Notes under the pieces: generated by a model
Database searches by the model: none
What the model saw: only the letters and a program-made list of their open reading frames with translations
What the model was told of the DNA's origin: nothing
Part shown: positions 17,932 through 27,842 of the stretch, piece after piece
Position numbering within the stretch: position 1 is the stretch's first letter
Layout of the letters: each line of letters opens with the position of its first letter
DNA from: Spirochaetia bacterium
GTDB taxonomy: Bacteria; Spirochaetota; Leptospiria; Turneriellales; JAOUOS01
Assembly (NCBI GenBank): GCA_029880285.1
Contig: JAOUOS010000030.1
Coordinates: 1-41,383, forward strand
Direction: 5' to 3'
DNA: 41,383 nucleotides
Translations under genes and position numbers: made by a program

Positions 17932-18945
17932 ATGGTAGGTAAACAATCAGATATGAGCGGCAAACAAAAGGCCGCTATATTTTTATTGGCTGTTGGAGCT
18001 GATGTATCATCGGAAGTTATGAAAAAATTAGCTGAAGCTGAAGTTGATACATTGACATATGAGATTGCTCGTTTAGAGAAAGTTACTCCTGATGATAAAG
18101 AACGAGTGCTTCAAGAATTTCAAGAGCTGATGATGGCCCAGGAATTCATTACAAAAGGTGGTATTGATTCTGCGCGTGGAATTCTTGAAAAAGCTTTGGG
18201 AACGCAAAAAGCTATTGATATTATTAACAGACTAACAAGCTCTCTTCAGGTGAGACCTTTTGATTTTGTCAGAAGGCAGGATCCCAGTCATTTATTAAAC
18301 TTCATACAAAATGAGCATCCACAAACCATAGCGCTTATAATTTCATATTTAGATCCACAAAAATCTTCTTTTATTATATCAAGTTTACCGCATCAGATTC
18401 AAGCTGATGTGGCTAGAAGAATTGCAAAAATGGATAGGACATCTCCTGAAGTTCTTCGAGAAGTAGAAAGAGTATTAGAAAGAAAGTTATCTACGTTATC
18501 TAATGAAGATTATGCTTCTGCGGGTGGTATTGATGCTGTTGTAGATATATTAAATAATGTAGATAGAGGAACAGAAAAAAGTATTATAGAAGCTCTTGAA
18601 GAGGAAGATCCAGAATTAGCTGAAGAAATAAAGAAAAAAATGTTTGTATTTGAAGATATAGTACTTCTTGATGATAAAGCTATTCAAAAAACTCTTCGTG
18701 AACTTGATAATCAAGATTTAGCTAAGGCCTTAAAAGCGGTAGATACTGAAGTTCAAGAGAAAATTTTTAGAAATATGTCTAAAAGAGCCGCGGCGTTATT
18801 AAGAGAAGATATGGAATTTATGGGACCGATACGATTAAAAGATGTTGAAGAAGCGCAACAGAAAATTGTAAATATTATACGAAAACTGGAAGAAGAAGGC
18901 GAGATTGTAGTAGCAAGAGCCGGTGAAGATGAGCTTGTTGTGTAA
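17932..18945 (+). CDS. fliG: flagellar motor switch protein FliG
   Basis: The ORF is 337 aa. It has 'GKQKAAIFLLAVGADVSSEVMKKL' and the C-terminal torque helix 'MSKRAAALLREDMEFMGPIRLKDVEEAQQKIVNIIRKLEEEGEI'. Confidence 0.9.
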   Translation: MVGKQSDMSGKQKAAIFLLAVGADVSSEVMKKLAEAEVDTLTYEIARLEKVTPDDKERVLQEFQELMMAQEFITKGGIDSARGILEKALGTQKAIDIINRLTSSLQVRPFDFVRRQDPSHLLNFIQNEHPQTIALIISYLDPQKSSFIISSLPHQIQADVARRIAKMDRTSPEVLREVERVLERKLSTLSNEDYASAGGIDAVVDILNNVDRGTEKSIIEALEEEDPELAEEIKKKMFVFEDIVLLDDKAIQKTLRELDNQDLAKALKAVDTEVQEKIFRNMSKRAAALLREDMEFMGPIRLKDVEEAQQKIVNIIRKLEEEGEIVVARAGEDELVV

Positions 18946-18962
18946 TTAAAAGGGAAATTTAT

Positions 18963-19886
18963 ATGGCAAAAATATTATTTAAATCAAAAGAAGCAGATAT
19001 ACAAAAAGAACCAATTATAATTGATCTTCCTGACAGATATAAAAAACACCAGCAGTTTGATGAACTTTCAGAATTTGAGTTAGACTCTGAGGGTAATGTT
19101 ATTGAACAGTATACCGGCCCGTCAATAGAAGAAATAGAGGCTGAACTTGAAAGATATAGGGACGAAACCGAGCAAAATATTAAAGACAGGCAAAAAAACG
19201 CCGAATCTAGGGTTAATGAAATTATTGAAAACGGTAAAGCTGAAGCCTTTAGATTAATTCAAGAAGCAAAAGAGAAAACAAAAAAAGAAGATGAATCTGC
19301 ACGTTCAAGATCAGACCAGATAATAGAAAGAGCTAAACTTGAAGTAGAAAAAATGATTAAAGAAGCAGAAATGCGGGTTTCAGATATTGAACATGAGGCC
19401 TATCAAAAAGGTTACAACGCGGGTAGAGAAATGGGTTACAGGGAAGGTCAGGGAGAAGTAAAAAGGCTAATTGATAGATTAGGTACAATATTAGGTCATG
19501 CCATTGATGTTAGAGAACAGGTGGTTAAAGAGTCAGAAAAACAAATGGTTGAGATGATCTTAATAATTGCACGAAAAGTAATTAAAGATGAAATAATTGA
19601 AAGAAAAGAAGTTGTTATTAATAATATCAGAGAGGCGTTAGCTAAAATAAAAGATCGTGACCGAATTGATATTAGGGTAAATTTTACAGATTTAGAACTA
19701 ACAACGGCGCATAAAGATGAAATAATTAAAATGATGGAATCATTAAGAAAAGTCAATATATATGAAGACTCAAGGGTAGATAGAGGCGGTGTAATTATAG
19801 AAACAGATGTTGGAGCGATTGACGCTAGAATTTCAACTCAGCTTAAAGAAATTGAAGAAGCAATAAGAAACGCTAAGCCATTATGA
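18963..19886 (+). CDS. fliH: flagellar assembly protein FliH
   Basis: The ORF is 307 aa and lies between fliG and fliI. It has an N-terminal charged coiled coil and a C-terminal FliH/YscL-like domain. Its stop overlaps the fliI start (ATGA). Confidence 0.7.
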   Translation: MAKILFKSKEADIQKEPIIIDLPDRYKKHQQFDELSEFELDSEGNVIEQYTGPSIEEIEAELERYRDETEQNIKDRQKNAESRVNEIIENGKAEAFRLIQEAKEKTKKEDESARSRSDQIIERAKLEVEKMIKEAEMRVSDIEHEAYQKGYNAGREMGYREGQGEVKRLIDRLGTILGHAIDVREQVVKESEKQMVEMILIIARKVIKDEIIERKEVVINNIREALAKIKDRDRIDIRVNFTDLELTTAHKDEIIKMMESLRKVNIYEDSRVDRGGVIIETDVGAIDARISTQLKEIEEAIRNAKPL

Positions 19887-21259
19887 TAGCAAAAAAAATT
19901 GTAAAACCTGTTAACTATCTTGAAAAATATCGAAATTTGGTTGAAAAAACCGAGACGATTAGATCGCTGGGAAGTGTTGTAGAGGTTACAGGTAAAATAA
20001 TTTTATCTAAAGGTCCTGAGGTTCAAATTGGAGAATTATGTCACATTGAAAAAATTGAAGACGAAGCATATATTTTATCAGAAGTAGTAGGATTTAGAGA
20101 TGATTTTGTCGTTTTATCGCCATTAGAAAATATAGCGGGAATATATCCGGGAAGCAGAGTTCTATCTACAGGGTCTCCCTTAAAAGCATTTGTTGGTGAT
20201 GAATTAATGGGACGTGTAATAGACGGTCTTGGAAGACCTCTGGATAACAAAGGCAGCCTAATTGCCAGTGAAAAAAGAAGTTTATATAATAATCCTCCCA
20301 ATCCTCTTGAAAGACCATTAATAAGAAAAGATCTGACTACAGGTATAAAATCAATTGATTCATTTTTAACTATGGGCAAAGGACAGCGTATTGGAATATT
20401 TTCTGGTTCTGGCGTGGGTAAAAGTACGCTTATGGGAATGATTGCACGTTATAGCAAGGCCGATATTAACGTAATAGGGTTAATAGGAGAGAGAGGAAGA
20501 GAAGTAAGAGAATTTATAGAAAATGAACTTGGCGAGCAGGGGATGAAAAAATCGGTAATTGTGGTTGCTTCATCTAATGACAGTCCCATGCATAGAATTA
20601 GAGGGGCCTATATGGTTATTACTATAGCTGAGTATTTTAGAGATAAAGGAAAAGATGTTCTTTTAATGATGGATTCTCTAACTCGTTTATCAATGGCACA
20701 AAGAGAAGTGGGTCTTGCTGCGGGAGAGCCTGCTACAACAAAAGGTTATCCGCCTTCTGTATTTAGTATGCTGCCTGAGCTTGTAGAGCGTGCGGGTAAT
20801 GCTAAAACAGGAAGTATAACAGGTATTTATACTGTGCTGGTAGAAGCCGATGACTTAAATGAACCAATTGCAGACGCGGCAAGAGGTATATTAGATGGTC
20901 ATATTGTTTTATCCAGAAAATTAGCGGGCAGGGGGCATTATCCAGCTGTAGAAATAGTAGAGTCTGTAAGCCGAAGTATGCCGTTTGTAACAGACGAAAA
21001 TCATTATAAAGAAGCTGCTAAATTAAGAGAATTATTAGCTGAATACCAGGAAAATGAAGAGATAATTAATCTTGGCGCATACGTAAGAGGGGCAAATTTA
21101 GTGTTAGATAAAGCAATACAGCTGAAATCTGATTTTGATAGTTTTTTAAAGCAGGGCATTAATGAACATTCTACAAAAGAAAATACATTAAATAATTTAA
21201 AGAGAATTTATGAAAAAACCATAACTGTTAAAGAGTCAGGCGCAAAAAGACTTAGATAA
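19883..21259 (+). CDS. fliI: flagellum-specific ATPase FliI
   Basis: It has Walker A 'GSGVGKST', Walker B 'VLLMMDSLTR', and an F1/T3SS ATPase fold. Confidence 0.95.
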   Translation: MIAKKIVKPVNYLEKYRNLVEKTETIRSLGSVVEVTGKIILSKGPEVQIGELCHIEKIEDEAYILSEVVGFRDDFVVLSPLENIAGIYPGSRVLSTGSPLKAFVGDELMGRVIDGLGRPLDNKGSLIASEKRSLYNNPPNPLERPLIRKDLTTGIKSIDSFLTMGKGQRIGIFSGSGVGKSTLMGMIARYSKADINVIGLIGERGREVREFIENELGEQGMKKSVIVVASSNDSPMHRIRGAYMVITIAEYFRDKGKDVLLMMDSLTRLSMAQREVGLAAGEPATTKGYPPSVFSMLPELVERAGNAKTGSITGIYTVLVEADDLNEPIADAARGILDGHIVLSRKLAGRGHYPAVEIVESVSRSMPFVTDENHYKEAAKLRELLAEYQENEEIINLGAYVRGANLVLDKAIQLKSDFDSFLKQGINEHSTKENTLNNLKRIYEKTITVKESGAKRLR

Positions 21260-21264
21260 AGAAA

Positions 21265-21711
21265 ATGAAAAAATTTAAATTTAAGCTGGAACCGTTTTTA
21301 AAACTTAAAAAATTAGAAGAAAAAAATAAAATGGTAGAACTTTCAAAAGTAGCTCAAGAAGCAGAAAACCAGCAGATAGAAATAAATAATTATTATGAAA
21401 AATCAGGAATATTGCTTTCTGAAGAAGCTATAAAAATGCGAGAGGGTATATTTGACTTATCATATCAAATTATAATGCAGAATTATTTTTATAATATGAA
21501 GAAAAGAAAAGAAATCGCAGAAAGAAAAATGTTAGAAATTGAAATGAGATTAAAAAAGAAACAAGATGAAATGATTATTGCAAGAAAAAATCGCAGAGTA
21601 ATAGAAATAATTAAAGAAAAAAAGTGGGAAAATTACTGTTATGAAACGGGTCGAGAAGAGATACAATTGTTGGATGAACAATATAATAGAAAGAAAGTAA
21701 GACTTTCATAA
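21265..21711 (+). CDS. fliJ: flagellar export chaperone FliJ
   Basis: The ORF is 148 aa and all coiled coil. It starts 'MKKFKFKLEPFLKLKKLEE' and lies immediately after fliI. Confidence 0.6.
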   Translation: MKKFKFKLEPFLKLKKLEEKNKMVELSKVAQEAENQQIEINNYYEKSGILLSEEAIKMREGIFDLSYQIIMQNYFYNMKKRKEIAERKMLEIEMRLKKKQDEMIIARKNRRVIEIIKEKKWENYCYETGREEIQLLDEQYNRKKVRLS

Positions 21712-21723
21712 TAGGAGAGAAAA

Positions 21724-21894
21724 ATGAAATTAGGGCTAATTCATGTAAAAAAAGAAAAATATGTTAATAAGTTAAGATATGTTAAAGAAAGTTTTAATAT
21801 ACTTAGAAAAAAAATATTTCGGCTTGAAAAAGAATTAGATAAAATGAGTTTAATATTAAATAGAATAAGAAGAGAAATGTTGGTTAGAGCATAA
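21724..21894 (+). CDS. small basic coiled-coil ORF (57 aa) not in ORF track; hypothetical flagellar-operon micro-protein
   Basis: It runs from the ATG at ~21724 to TAA ~21894 and reads 'MKLGLIHVKKEKYVNKLRYVKESFNILRKKIFRLEKELDKMSLILNRIRREMLVRA'. It fills the fliJ-flbB gap on the same strand. Confidence 0.3.
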   Translation: MKLGLIHVKKEKYVNKLRYVKESFNILRKKIFRLEKELDKMSLILNRIRREMLVRA

Positions 21895-21899
21895 AAATT

Positions 21900-22571
21900 A
21901 TGTCAGATAGAAAAATAGCCATATTGTTAATGCTTACAATCTTGTTTTTTTCAGGAGTGTTTGTATTTGTTCTTGATATGATGGGCATAATTCAAGCGGC
22001 TGATTATCTGACATTTTTAAGACCTAAAAATCCCCCCGTATCAAGTGACATGGAATTACCATCAGAAGTTGAAAAAGTTAGTTTTCAAAAATGGGAAGAA
22101 AAACTTATAGAAAAAGAAGAAAAACTTGTATCAATGGAAGAAAAAATTAAAGAAAAAACGGACAGTTTAGATCAAAAAGAAAAAGAAATAAAAGAATTTA
22201 TGAACAGTATGCAAAAAGAAAAAGAAAAGTTATATATGATCACAAAAGACTGGGAAGATAGAAAAAAGAAAATTGAAGATATGGCTGGCAAGGTAACCAG
22301 CATGCCGCCGGAAAAAGCAAGAGAAATGATGGAAAACTGGCGTGATTTTGATATAATTGAAGTTTTAAGACAAATTGATAGAACTGCAGAAGAAGAAGGG
22401 ATGGCATCTATCTCTCCTTATTTATTGACATTATTTAATCCCAAAAGAAGAGCAGAGATTACTAGAAAAATGCTTTTACCGCCTTTAGAACAAGAGATGC
22501 CATTAAAATCTGCAGTCAATGAATCAGAAGAAAAAGAAGAAGAAAATCAAGTAGAAGAACCCATACAATAA
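21900..22571 (+). CDS. FlbB/YlxF-like flagellar protein (MgtE_N/MotE-like C-terminal region)
   Basis: The ORF is 223 aa. It has an N-terminal TM helix, a Lys/Glu-rich coiled coil, and a C-terminal 'PPEKAREMMENWRDFDIIEVLRQIDRTAEEEGMASISPYLLTLFNPKRRAEITRKML' that resembles MgtE_N-type repeats. The gene holds the post-fliJ position that YlxF holds in Bacillus and FlbB holds in spirochaetes. Confidence 0.5.
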   Translation: MSDRKIAILLMLTILFFSGVFVFVLDMMGIIQAADYLTFLRPKNPPVSSDMELPSEVEKVSFQKWEEKLIEKEEKLVSMEEKIKEKTDSLDQKEKEIKEFMNSMQKEKEKLYMITKDWEDRKKKIEDMAGKVTSMPPEKAREMMENWRDFDIIEVLRQIDRTAEEEGMASISPYLLTLFNPKRRAEITRKMLLPPLEQEMPLKSAVNESEEKEEENQVEEPIQ

Positions 22572-22623
22572 TAAACAGAATAAATTAATAAAATAATTTA
22601 AAAAAAATATTTATAATTTTATA

Positions 22624-24501
22624 ATGAACAATGATTTTTTAAAAAAAGCATCTGCTAATTTAAATTATCTTGAAAAAGAAAATTGTTTGTATTATGACAC
22701 AAATTATGATATCAAAAATAAAATTATAAATATAAAATCATTTTCTGGGAATATTGAAAATGAAAATCATTTTACTTTTCAAAAAAATAATGTATGGTAT
22801 CACTCAAGAAAAGACCCCTATAGAGAAGCAAAGAGGCAGTTGCATGGTATAATTGATAAAAATAAAAATACAAAGCATTTAATATTAATAGGCGCTGGTG
22901 CCGGATATATAATACATGAGGCATTTTTAAATAATGATATAGAATCAATACTTTTAATAGAACCAGATTTAGAAGTGCTGGTATACTTATTAAATTTAGT
23001 AATTATTCAAGAAATAATTAAAGAAAAAAAATTATATATATATTTTCCTGAGAACATAAATATTATAAATTTAGAACCCATATTACCTTTTATTAAAGGC
23101 AAAAAAGTGGAAACTATATCAATTTTTACTCATCCAGCATCTTATCAGGCTTATTCAAGTTTATATACAAAAGTACAAGATAAGATGGCCAATTTAATTG
23201 AAAAAAGAGCCGTAAATCAGGCAACTTTAATTAAATTTCAAGATATATGGAACAAAAATATAAGTTTAAATATTAAAGAAATAATTTTAGGCGAAAAATT
23301 AATAAACATAACGAGTAAAATCAAAACAGAAAATATTGTAATCGCCGGGGCGGGTCCATCATTGTCTGAAAGTTATGAAGAGTTAAAAAAATATAGAAGT
23401 AATTTTTTATTAATAGCAGCAGATACGGCTTATATTCCATTAATTAAAAATAATATTATTCCTGATATTGTTATAGCCGCTGATCCTCAGTGGTTAAATC
23501 ATTATTATGTATTATCAAAAGAAGTAAAAAAGTCAATTTGGATATTAGATCCGGTTGTTTGTCATGTGATACCTCATTTTCTAATAGCCAATGGGTGTAC
23601 GATGATATGGTGGGATAATCCATTTTATATAGATCAAATAATAAGAAATCATTATGGCGATAGAGGTGAAATTGCACACGGAGGTTCAGTAACAACAAAT
23701 GCCTTTGATTTAGCGGTTAAATTTAAGGCAAGAAATATTATATTAACGGGACAAGATCTATCTTTTTCTAATAAAACCGCCCATGTAAAAGGATCCGTTC
23801 TTGAAAATATGATATATTATAAAATGAATAAATATAAAACAATAGAAAATCATAATTTAAAGCAGATGAAGGCCTTACCGGCATTAAAGGTAACATCAAT
23901 AAAAGATAATAATATTTTTACAAACGCTAAATTAAAGGTTTTTATTGAATGGTTTGAAAATCAAGCAAAAATATATAATAGCGGGGACAATATAATAAAT
24001 TTATATAACGCCACAAAAAATGGTGTTAAATTAAAGGGTTTTATTTATAAAGATATATCTGAGATATTTACAAATGATAATGAAAGATTAAAAGTAAATT
24101 TAGATATAAATAAAGAAAATGTAATACATGAAAATTTAGAATTGAAAATAAAAAATAAATTAGAATTAATATTATTTGATTTTAATATGCTTGAAAAATT
24201 ATATATTGAAAATATAAAAATGTTATTTGAAGCAAAAAGAAATCCTGTAAAAGAAAAGATAAAATCTTTAATTTCTAAAATAACAGCTAATGATGAAAAA
24301 ATAAAAAAATATAACGAGGCCAACCAGATACTTTCTATAGGGGCTCAGCATACAATTCTTGAAATTACAGAGGGATCCAATTCTGCTTTTAATGATGATG
24401 GCACCATTTTTTATAAGGCAATGCTTAAAACTTGTAAAAGAACAAGATATTTATTTAAAAAAATGATTCATATATTATCATTTATGCATGTTCCAGGTTA
24501 A
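22624..24501 (+). CDS. Maf-like motility accessory factor (DUF115 / MptE-like domain); putative flagellin nonulosonic-acid glycosyltransferase
   Basis: The ORF is 625 aa, which is the usual Maf size. Its central 'NIVIAGAGPSLSESYEELKKYRSNFLLIAADTAYIPLIKNNIIPDIVIAADPQ' matches the DUF115 G-x-GPSL...PD...D signature. It lies directly downstream of the flagellar block. Confidence 0.6.
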   Translation: MNNDFLKKASANLNYLEKENCLYYDTNYDIKNKIINIKSFSGNIENENHFTFQKNNVWYHSRKDPYREAKRQLHGIIDKNKNTKHLILIGAGAGYIIHEAFLNNDIESILLIEPDLEVLVYLLNLVIIQEIIKEKKLYIYFPENINIINLEPILPFIKGKKVETISIFTHPASYQAYSSLYTKVQDKMANLIEKRAVNQATLIKFQDIWNKNISLNIKEIILGEKLINITSKIKTENIVIAGAGPSLSESYEELKKYRSNFLLIAADTAYIPLIKNNIIPDIVIAADPQWLNHYYVLSKEVKKSIWILDPVVCHVIPHFLIANGCTMIWWDNPFYIDQIIRNHYGDRGEIAHGGSVTTNAFDLAVKFKARNIILTGQDLSFSNKTAHVKGSVLENMIYYKMNKYKTIENHNLKQMKALPALKVTSIKDNNIFTNAKLKVFIEWFENQAKIYNSGDNIINLYNATKNGVKLKGFIYKDISEIFTNDNERLKVNLDINKENVIHENLELKIKNKLELILFDFNMLEKLYIENIKMLFEAKRNPVKEKIKSLISKITANDEKIKKYNEANQILSIGAQHTILEITEGSNSAFNDDGTIFYKAMLKTCKRTRYLFKKMIHILSFMHVPG

Positions 24502-25941
24502 AATGGTTTCTCTGGCTGCTTTTACTTCGTCTAATTTTCTAACAAAAGTGTGACAAGGAGCGTTCTTTATATCATTAGGATTTTTTTCTATGGTTTCAAA
24601 AATATCTTTGACTGCTTCTACAAAAGCATCCATTTCTTGCTTTGTTTCAGTTTCAGTAGGTTCGACCATTATAGCGCCGGGAATATGAAGAGGGAAAAAT
24701 ACAGTGGGAGCGTAAAAACCCCGATCTAAAAGAGCTTTGGCAAAATGCATTGTAGTAAAATCTTTATTTTTTAAGGTATTATGATTAAAAACAGATTCAT
24801 GAAGTACCGGCAGATCAGATGAAATTTTTAAATATTTTTTAAGTTTTAATTTCAAATAACGGCTGTTTAGTACGGCTCTTTCTGTCATTTGATTTATATT
24901 GCTTCCAAGTGTTTTTACGTATGCCCATGCTCTTACAATAACCCCAAATTGACCATAAAAGGCTTTCATATATCCTATAGATTTTTCCGGAATATAAAAT
25001 TCATAGAATTCAAGATTGTCTTTGTAAATTTTTCGAACATGGGGCGCTGGTAAATAAGGTTTCATTCTTTCAGAGCAAACTAAAACTCCCTGTCCCGGTC
25101 CGCCGCCTCCATGAGGTGTAGAAAAAGTTTTATGCATATTTAGCTGACTTAAATCTACTCCCATTTTTTCAAATGAAACTTTGCCGGCCAAAGCGTTTAA
25201 GTTGGCTCCGTCTACAAAGAGAAGCGCTCCTTTTTTATTTAAAATTTCTTTTATTTTTATAATATTTGTTTCAAAAATACCCTGCGTATTAGGATTTGTT
25301 ATCATCAATGCCGCAGTGTCTTCAGTTGTTAAATTAGAAAGAGCGTCAAGATCAGTTAATCCATCTTCAGTAGAAGGAACTTTGGCAATATTATATCCTA
25401 CCATTGCCGCCGAAGCAGGATTTGTTCCATGAGCTGAATCGGGAATTAAAATAGTCTTTCGCTTTTCATTTTTATTATTAAAATAAGCATTAATCATATA
25501 AACACCGGCGAGTTCTCCGTGCGCACCTGCGGCTGGTAATAAAGTGGCAGCAGGTAAATCTACAATTTTTTCTATCATATTTTGTGTTTCATATAATAGT
25601 TTCAAAGCGCCCTGAGTATGTTTTTCGCTTAAACCGGGATGTAAGTTCACAAAAATTTCATTTGCAGATAATTTTTCGTTTATTATAGGATTATATTTCA
25701 TAGTACATGAACCAAGAGGATACAAACCGTCTTCCCAAGCGTAATTTTGTTTTGATAAACGCGTAAAGTGTCTTACCAGTTCAATTTCAGATAAATGAGG
25801 AAAAAGCTTAGCAGGTTTTCTTATTTTTTGAAGGGCAGGATGTTTCGATTGAGAATTTCTTTCATATTCAACTTGTTTTTTTTCACAAATCTCATTTAAT
25901 ATGGGTTCTTTTCGAATTGGTATAGATGATAAATTTAACAT
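24478..25941 (-). CDS. gcvPB: glycine dehydrogenase (decarboxylating) subunit 2, PLP-dependent
   Basis: The ORF is 487 aa. It has 'LYPLGSCTMKYNP' and 'LSQLNMHKTFSTPHGGGGPGQGV' (PLP lysine region). Its 3' end overlaps the Maf gene 3' end by 24 nt, with the two genes convergent. Confidence 0.9.
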   Translation of the reverse strand: MLNLSSIPIRKEPILNEICEKKQVEYERNSQSKHPALQKIRKPAKLFPHLSEIELVRHFTRLSKQNYAWEDGLYPLGSCTMKYNPIINEKLSANEIFVNLHPGLSEKHTQGALKLLYETQNMIEKIVDLPAATLLPAAGAHGELAGVYMINAYFNNKNEKRKTILIPDSAHGTNPASAAMVGYNIAKVPSTEDGLTDLDALSNLTTEDTAALMITNPNTQGIFETNIIKIKEILNKKGALLFVDGANLNALAGKVSFEKMGVDLSQLNMHKTFSTPHGGGGPGQGVLVCSERMKPYLPAPHVRKIYKDNLEFYEFYIPEKSIGYMKAFYGQFGVIVRAWAYVKTLGSNINQMTERAVLNSRYLKLKLKKYLKISSDLPVLHESVFNHNTLKNKDFTTMHFAKALLDRGFYAPTVFFPLHIPGAIMVEPTETETKQEMDAFVEAVKDIFETIEKNPNDIKNAPCHTFVRKLDEVKAARETILTWNMHK

Positions 25942-26058
25942 ATAAAGACGATTTTTTTATTTAAATTAGGTTGAAAAGTAAAATGTAAAAATAAAGATAA
26001 AATCAGGTTGACGGCTGATTTTATCTTTTTAAGTGCTATTCATTAAAATTAAATAAAT

Positions 26059-26823
26059 ATGAATATTGAAAAAGAAATTAAATTTGAAGGTGATAGTAAA
26101 GATTTAATCTGGCGGCATCCATCCGATATATTTGCCTTGGGGCATGAAATTAAAGTTAATGAAAGTCAAGAAGTGGTTTTCTCAAAAAATAATGAGGCAC
26201 TAGATGCTTTTAGGCAGGGTACACATGAATTAAGCATAAAATTATTTCCTATAATGAAAAAGACTTTGCCTGAAAAAGTTGAAAAAAATATGATATTTAC
26301 TGCAACGGCATGGTTTATAAATATAAAAATTTTTAATAGAAAAAGATGGGGCACTTTAAAAGATTTTGAAGTAATAGAACCAAAGTATGGAACAATGGTT
26401 CCCATAAAAGCATTTGGAGAATATACTATAACAGTAAATGACAGTAGAAAGTTTATTCAAAACTTTGTGTTAAAATATCACACGTATGATACATCTACGG
26501 TTGAAAAAAAAATACAGGAGATAATAATACAAAAAACACAAAAATCGATAGAAGAAACTTTAAATGCCGGAACAATAGATTTATTAAACTTATTAAATGA
26601 AAACGAAGAAATATCAAAATTAGTAAAACAAAATTTAATTTATGATTTTAATGAGTTAGGCATAGAGTTTAATAATTTTAGCCTAGAATCTATAACTATT
26701 GCTAATGAAAATAAAACAATTTTAAGATTAGAAAATAATTTAAAAGATAAAGAATTAATTGATAACATACGTTTTAATTACGTTAAAGAATATCTTAAAA
26801 ATATAATTGAAGAATATAATTAA
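26059..26823 (+). CDS. SPFH/Band-7 family protein (YdjI-like subfamily)
   Basis: The ORF is 254 aa. Its N-terminus 'IKFEGDSKDLIWRHPSDIFALGHEIKVNESQEVVFSKNNEALDAFRQGTHEL' matches the conserved start of this SPFH subfamily. Confidence 0.55.
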   Translation: MNIEKEIKFEGDSKDLIWRHPSDIFALGHEIKVNESQEVVFSKNNEALDAFRQGTHELSIKLFPIMKKTLPEKVEKNMIFTATAWFINIKIFNRKRWGTLKDFEVIEPKYGTMVPIKAFGEYTITVNDSRKFIQNFVLKYHTYDTSTVEKKIQEIIIQKTQKSIEETLNAGTIDLLNLLNENEEISKLVKQNLIYDFNELGIEFNNFSLESITIANENKTILRLENNLKDKELIDNIRFNYVKEYLKNIIEEYN

Positions 26824-26865
26824 GATTAGAGTATAAAAAAGTATATTATAGGGTAAAAAAATATC

Positions 26866-27837
26866 TTGTTAATGAAGAAAATACATATAAACGAAATAAT
26901 AAAATCAGTTAATAAAAGATTAGAAGAAATTATATTAGATGATCTTCCTGTTTTAAATGATATAAAAAAGTTTGTAATCGAAAGCGGTGGAAAAAGAGTA
27001 AGACCCATAATGCTTTGTTTATTAAATAATATATACAATGGAAATTCAAAAGGGGCATTAGTTTTAGCGGCAATTGTTGAGATTATTCATGCTGCCAGCC
27101 TTTTACATGATGATGTTTTAGATGAAGCCGATACAAGAAGAGGTAAACCCAGCGGGAAAGCTTTATTTGGTAGCAAAACAGTGGTTTTAGCTGGCGACTA
27201 TCTTTTGGCCTGTGGAATTAAAAAATTAAATGAATTTAATAATTCTCAATTGATGTCAATATTCACAAAAGTGATACATGATTTATCTACGGCAGAGCTT
27301 TATCAAATGGAATATGAAAAAAATTCAAACATAACTATTGAAATTTATAATAAAATTATATATGGTAAAACAGCTTCATTATTTCAAGCAGCTTGTGAAT
27401 CTGCCGCTTTATGGTGTAATTTAAAGAAAGAAGAAATAAATAAGCTAAGTATATTGGGTAAAGAAATAGGTATGTTTTTTCAAATTCGTGATGACTATCT
27501 TGATTATTTTAATCCTAAAATTTTAAAAAAAGATCCTTTTCAAGACTTTCAAAGAGGAATCTATACATATCCAATAATTAAAGTAAAAAATAATCAAAAA
27601 AACGGTATAAATAAAAAAATTCATAAATATTTCTTAATGTCTGATAAACTTAGAAAAAATAAAGAAATTCAAAAAGATTTTATGAATTTATTGCATGAAA
27701 ATAACTCGAAAGAAAAAACCCTAAAAGATCTTGAAAAATTAGGTGAGAGTATTTCTTTACGTTTGAAAAACCTTCCTAACGGTATATCAAAAGATTTAAT
27801 GGAAGAACAATTTAAACGCCTATTAAATATAAATTAA
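26866..27837 (+). CDS. polyprenyl diphosphate synthase (trans-IPPS)
   Basis: It has the first DDxxD 'LLHDDVLDEADTRRGKPS' and the second 'FQIRDDYLDYF'. Confidence 0.85.
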   Translation: MLMKKIHINEIIKSVNKRLEEIILDDLPVLNDIKKFVIESGGKRVRPIMLCLLNNIYNGNSKGALVLAAIVEIIHAASLLHDDVLDEADTRRGKPSGKALFGSKTVVLAGDYLLACGIKKLNEFNNSQLMSIFTKVIHDLSTAELYQMEYEKNSNITIEIYNKIIYGKTASLFQAACESAALWCNLKKEEINKLSILGKEIGMFFQIRDDYLDYFNPKILKKDPFQDFQRGIYTYPIIKVKNNQKNGINKKIHKYFLMSDKLRKNKEIQKDFMNLLHENNSKEKTLKDLEKLGESISLRLKNLPNGISKDLMEEQFKRLLNIN

Positions 27838-27842
27838 GAATA

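Noticed and set aside
12473-20379. Minus-strand ORFs 12473..12715, 15372..15764, 16069..16308, 16357..16695, 17587..17946, 19496..19756, 20041..20379
   Set aside because: They are antisense to mlaF and the flgC/fliF/fliG/fliH/fliI genes, which have strong family signatures. 16069..16308 is generated by the AAAAAATAT repeat.
23471-27038. ORFs 23471..23698(-), 24045..24323(-), 25181..25432(+), 26166..26405(-), 26826..27038(-)
   Set aside because: They are antisense within the Maf-like, gcvPB, SPFH and polyprenyl synthase genes and have no motifs.
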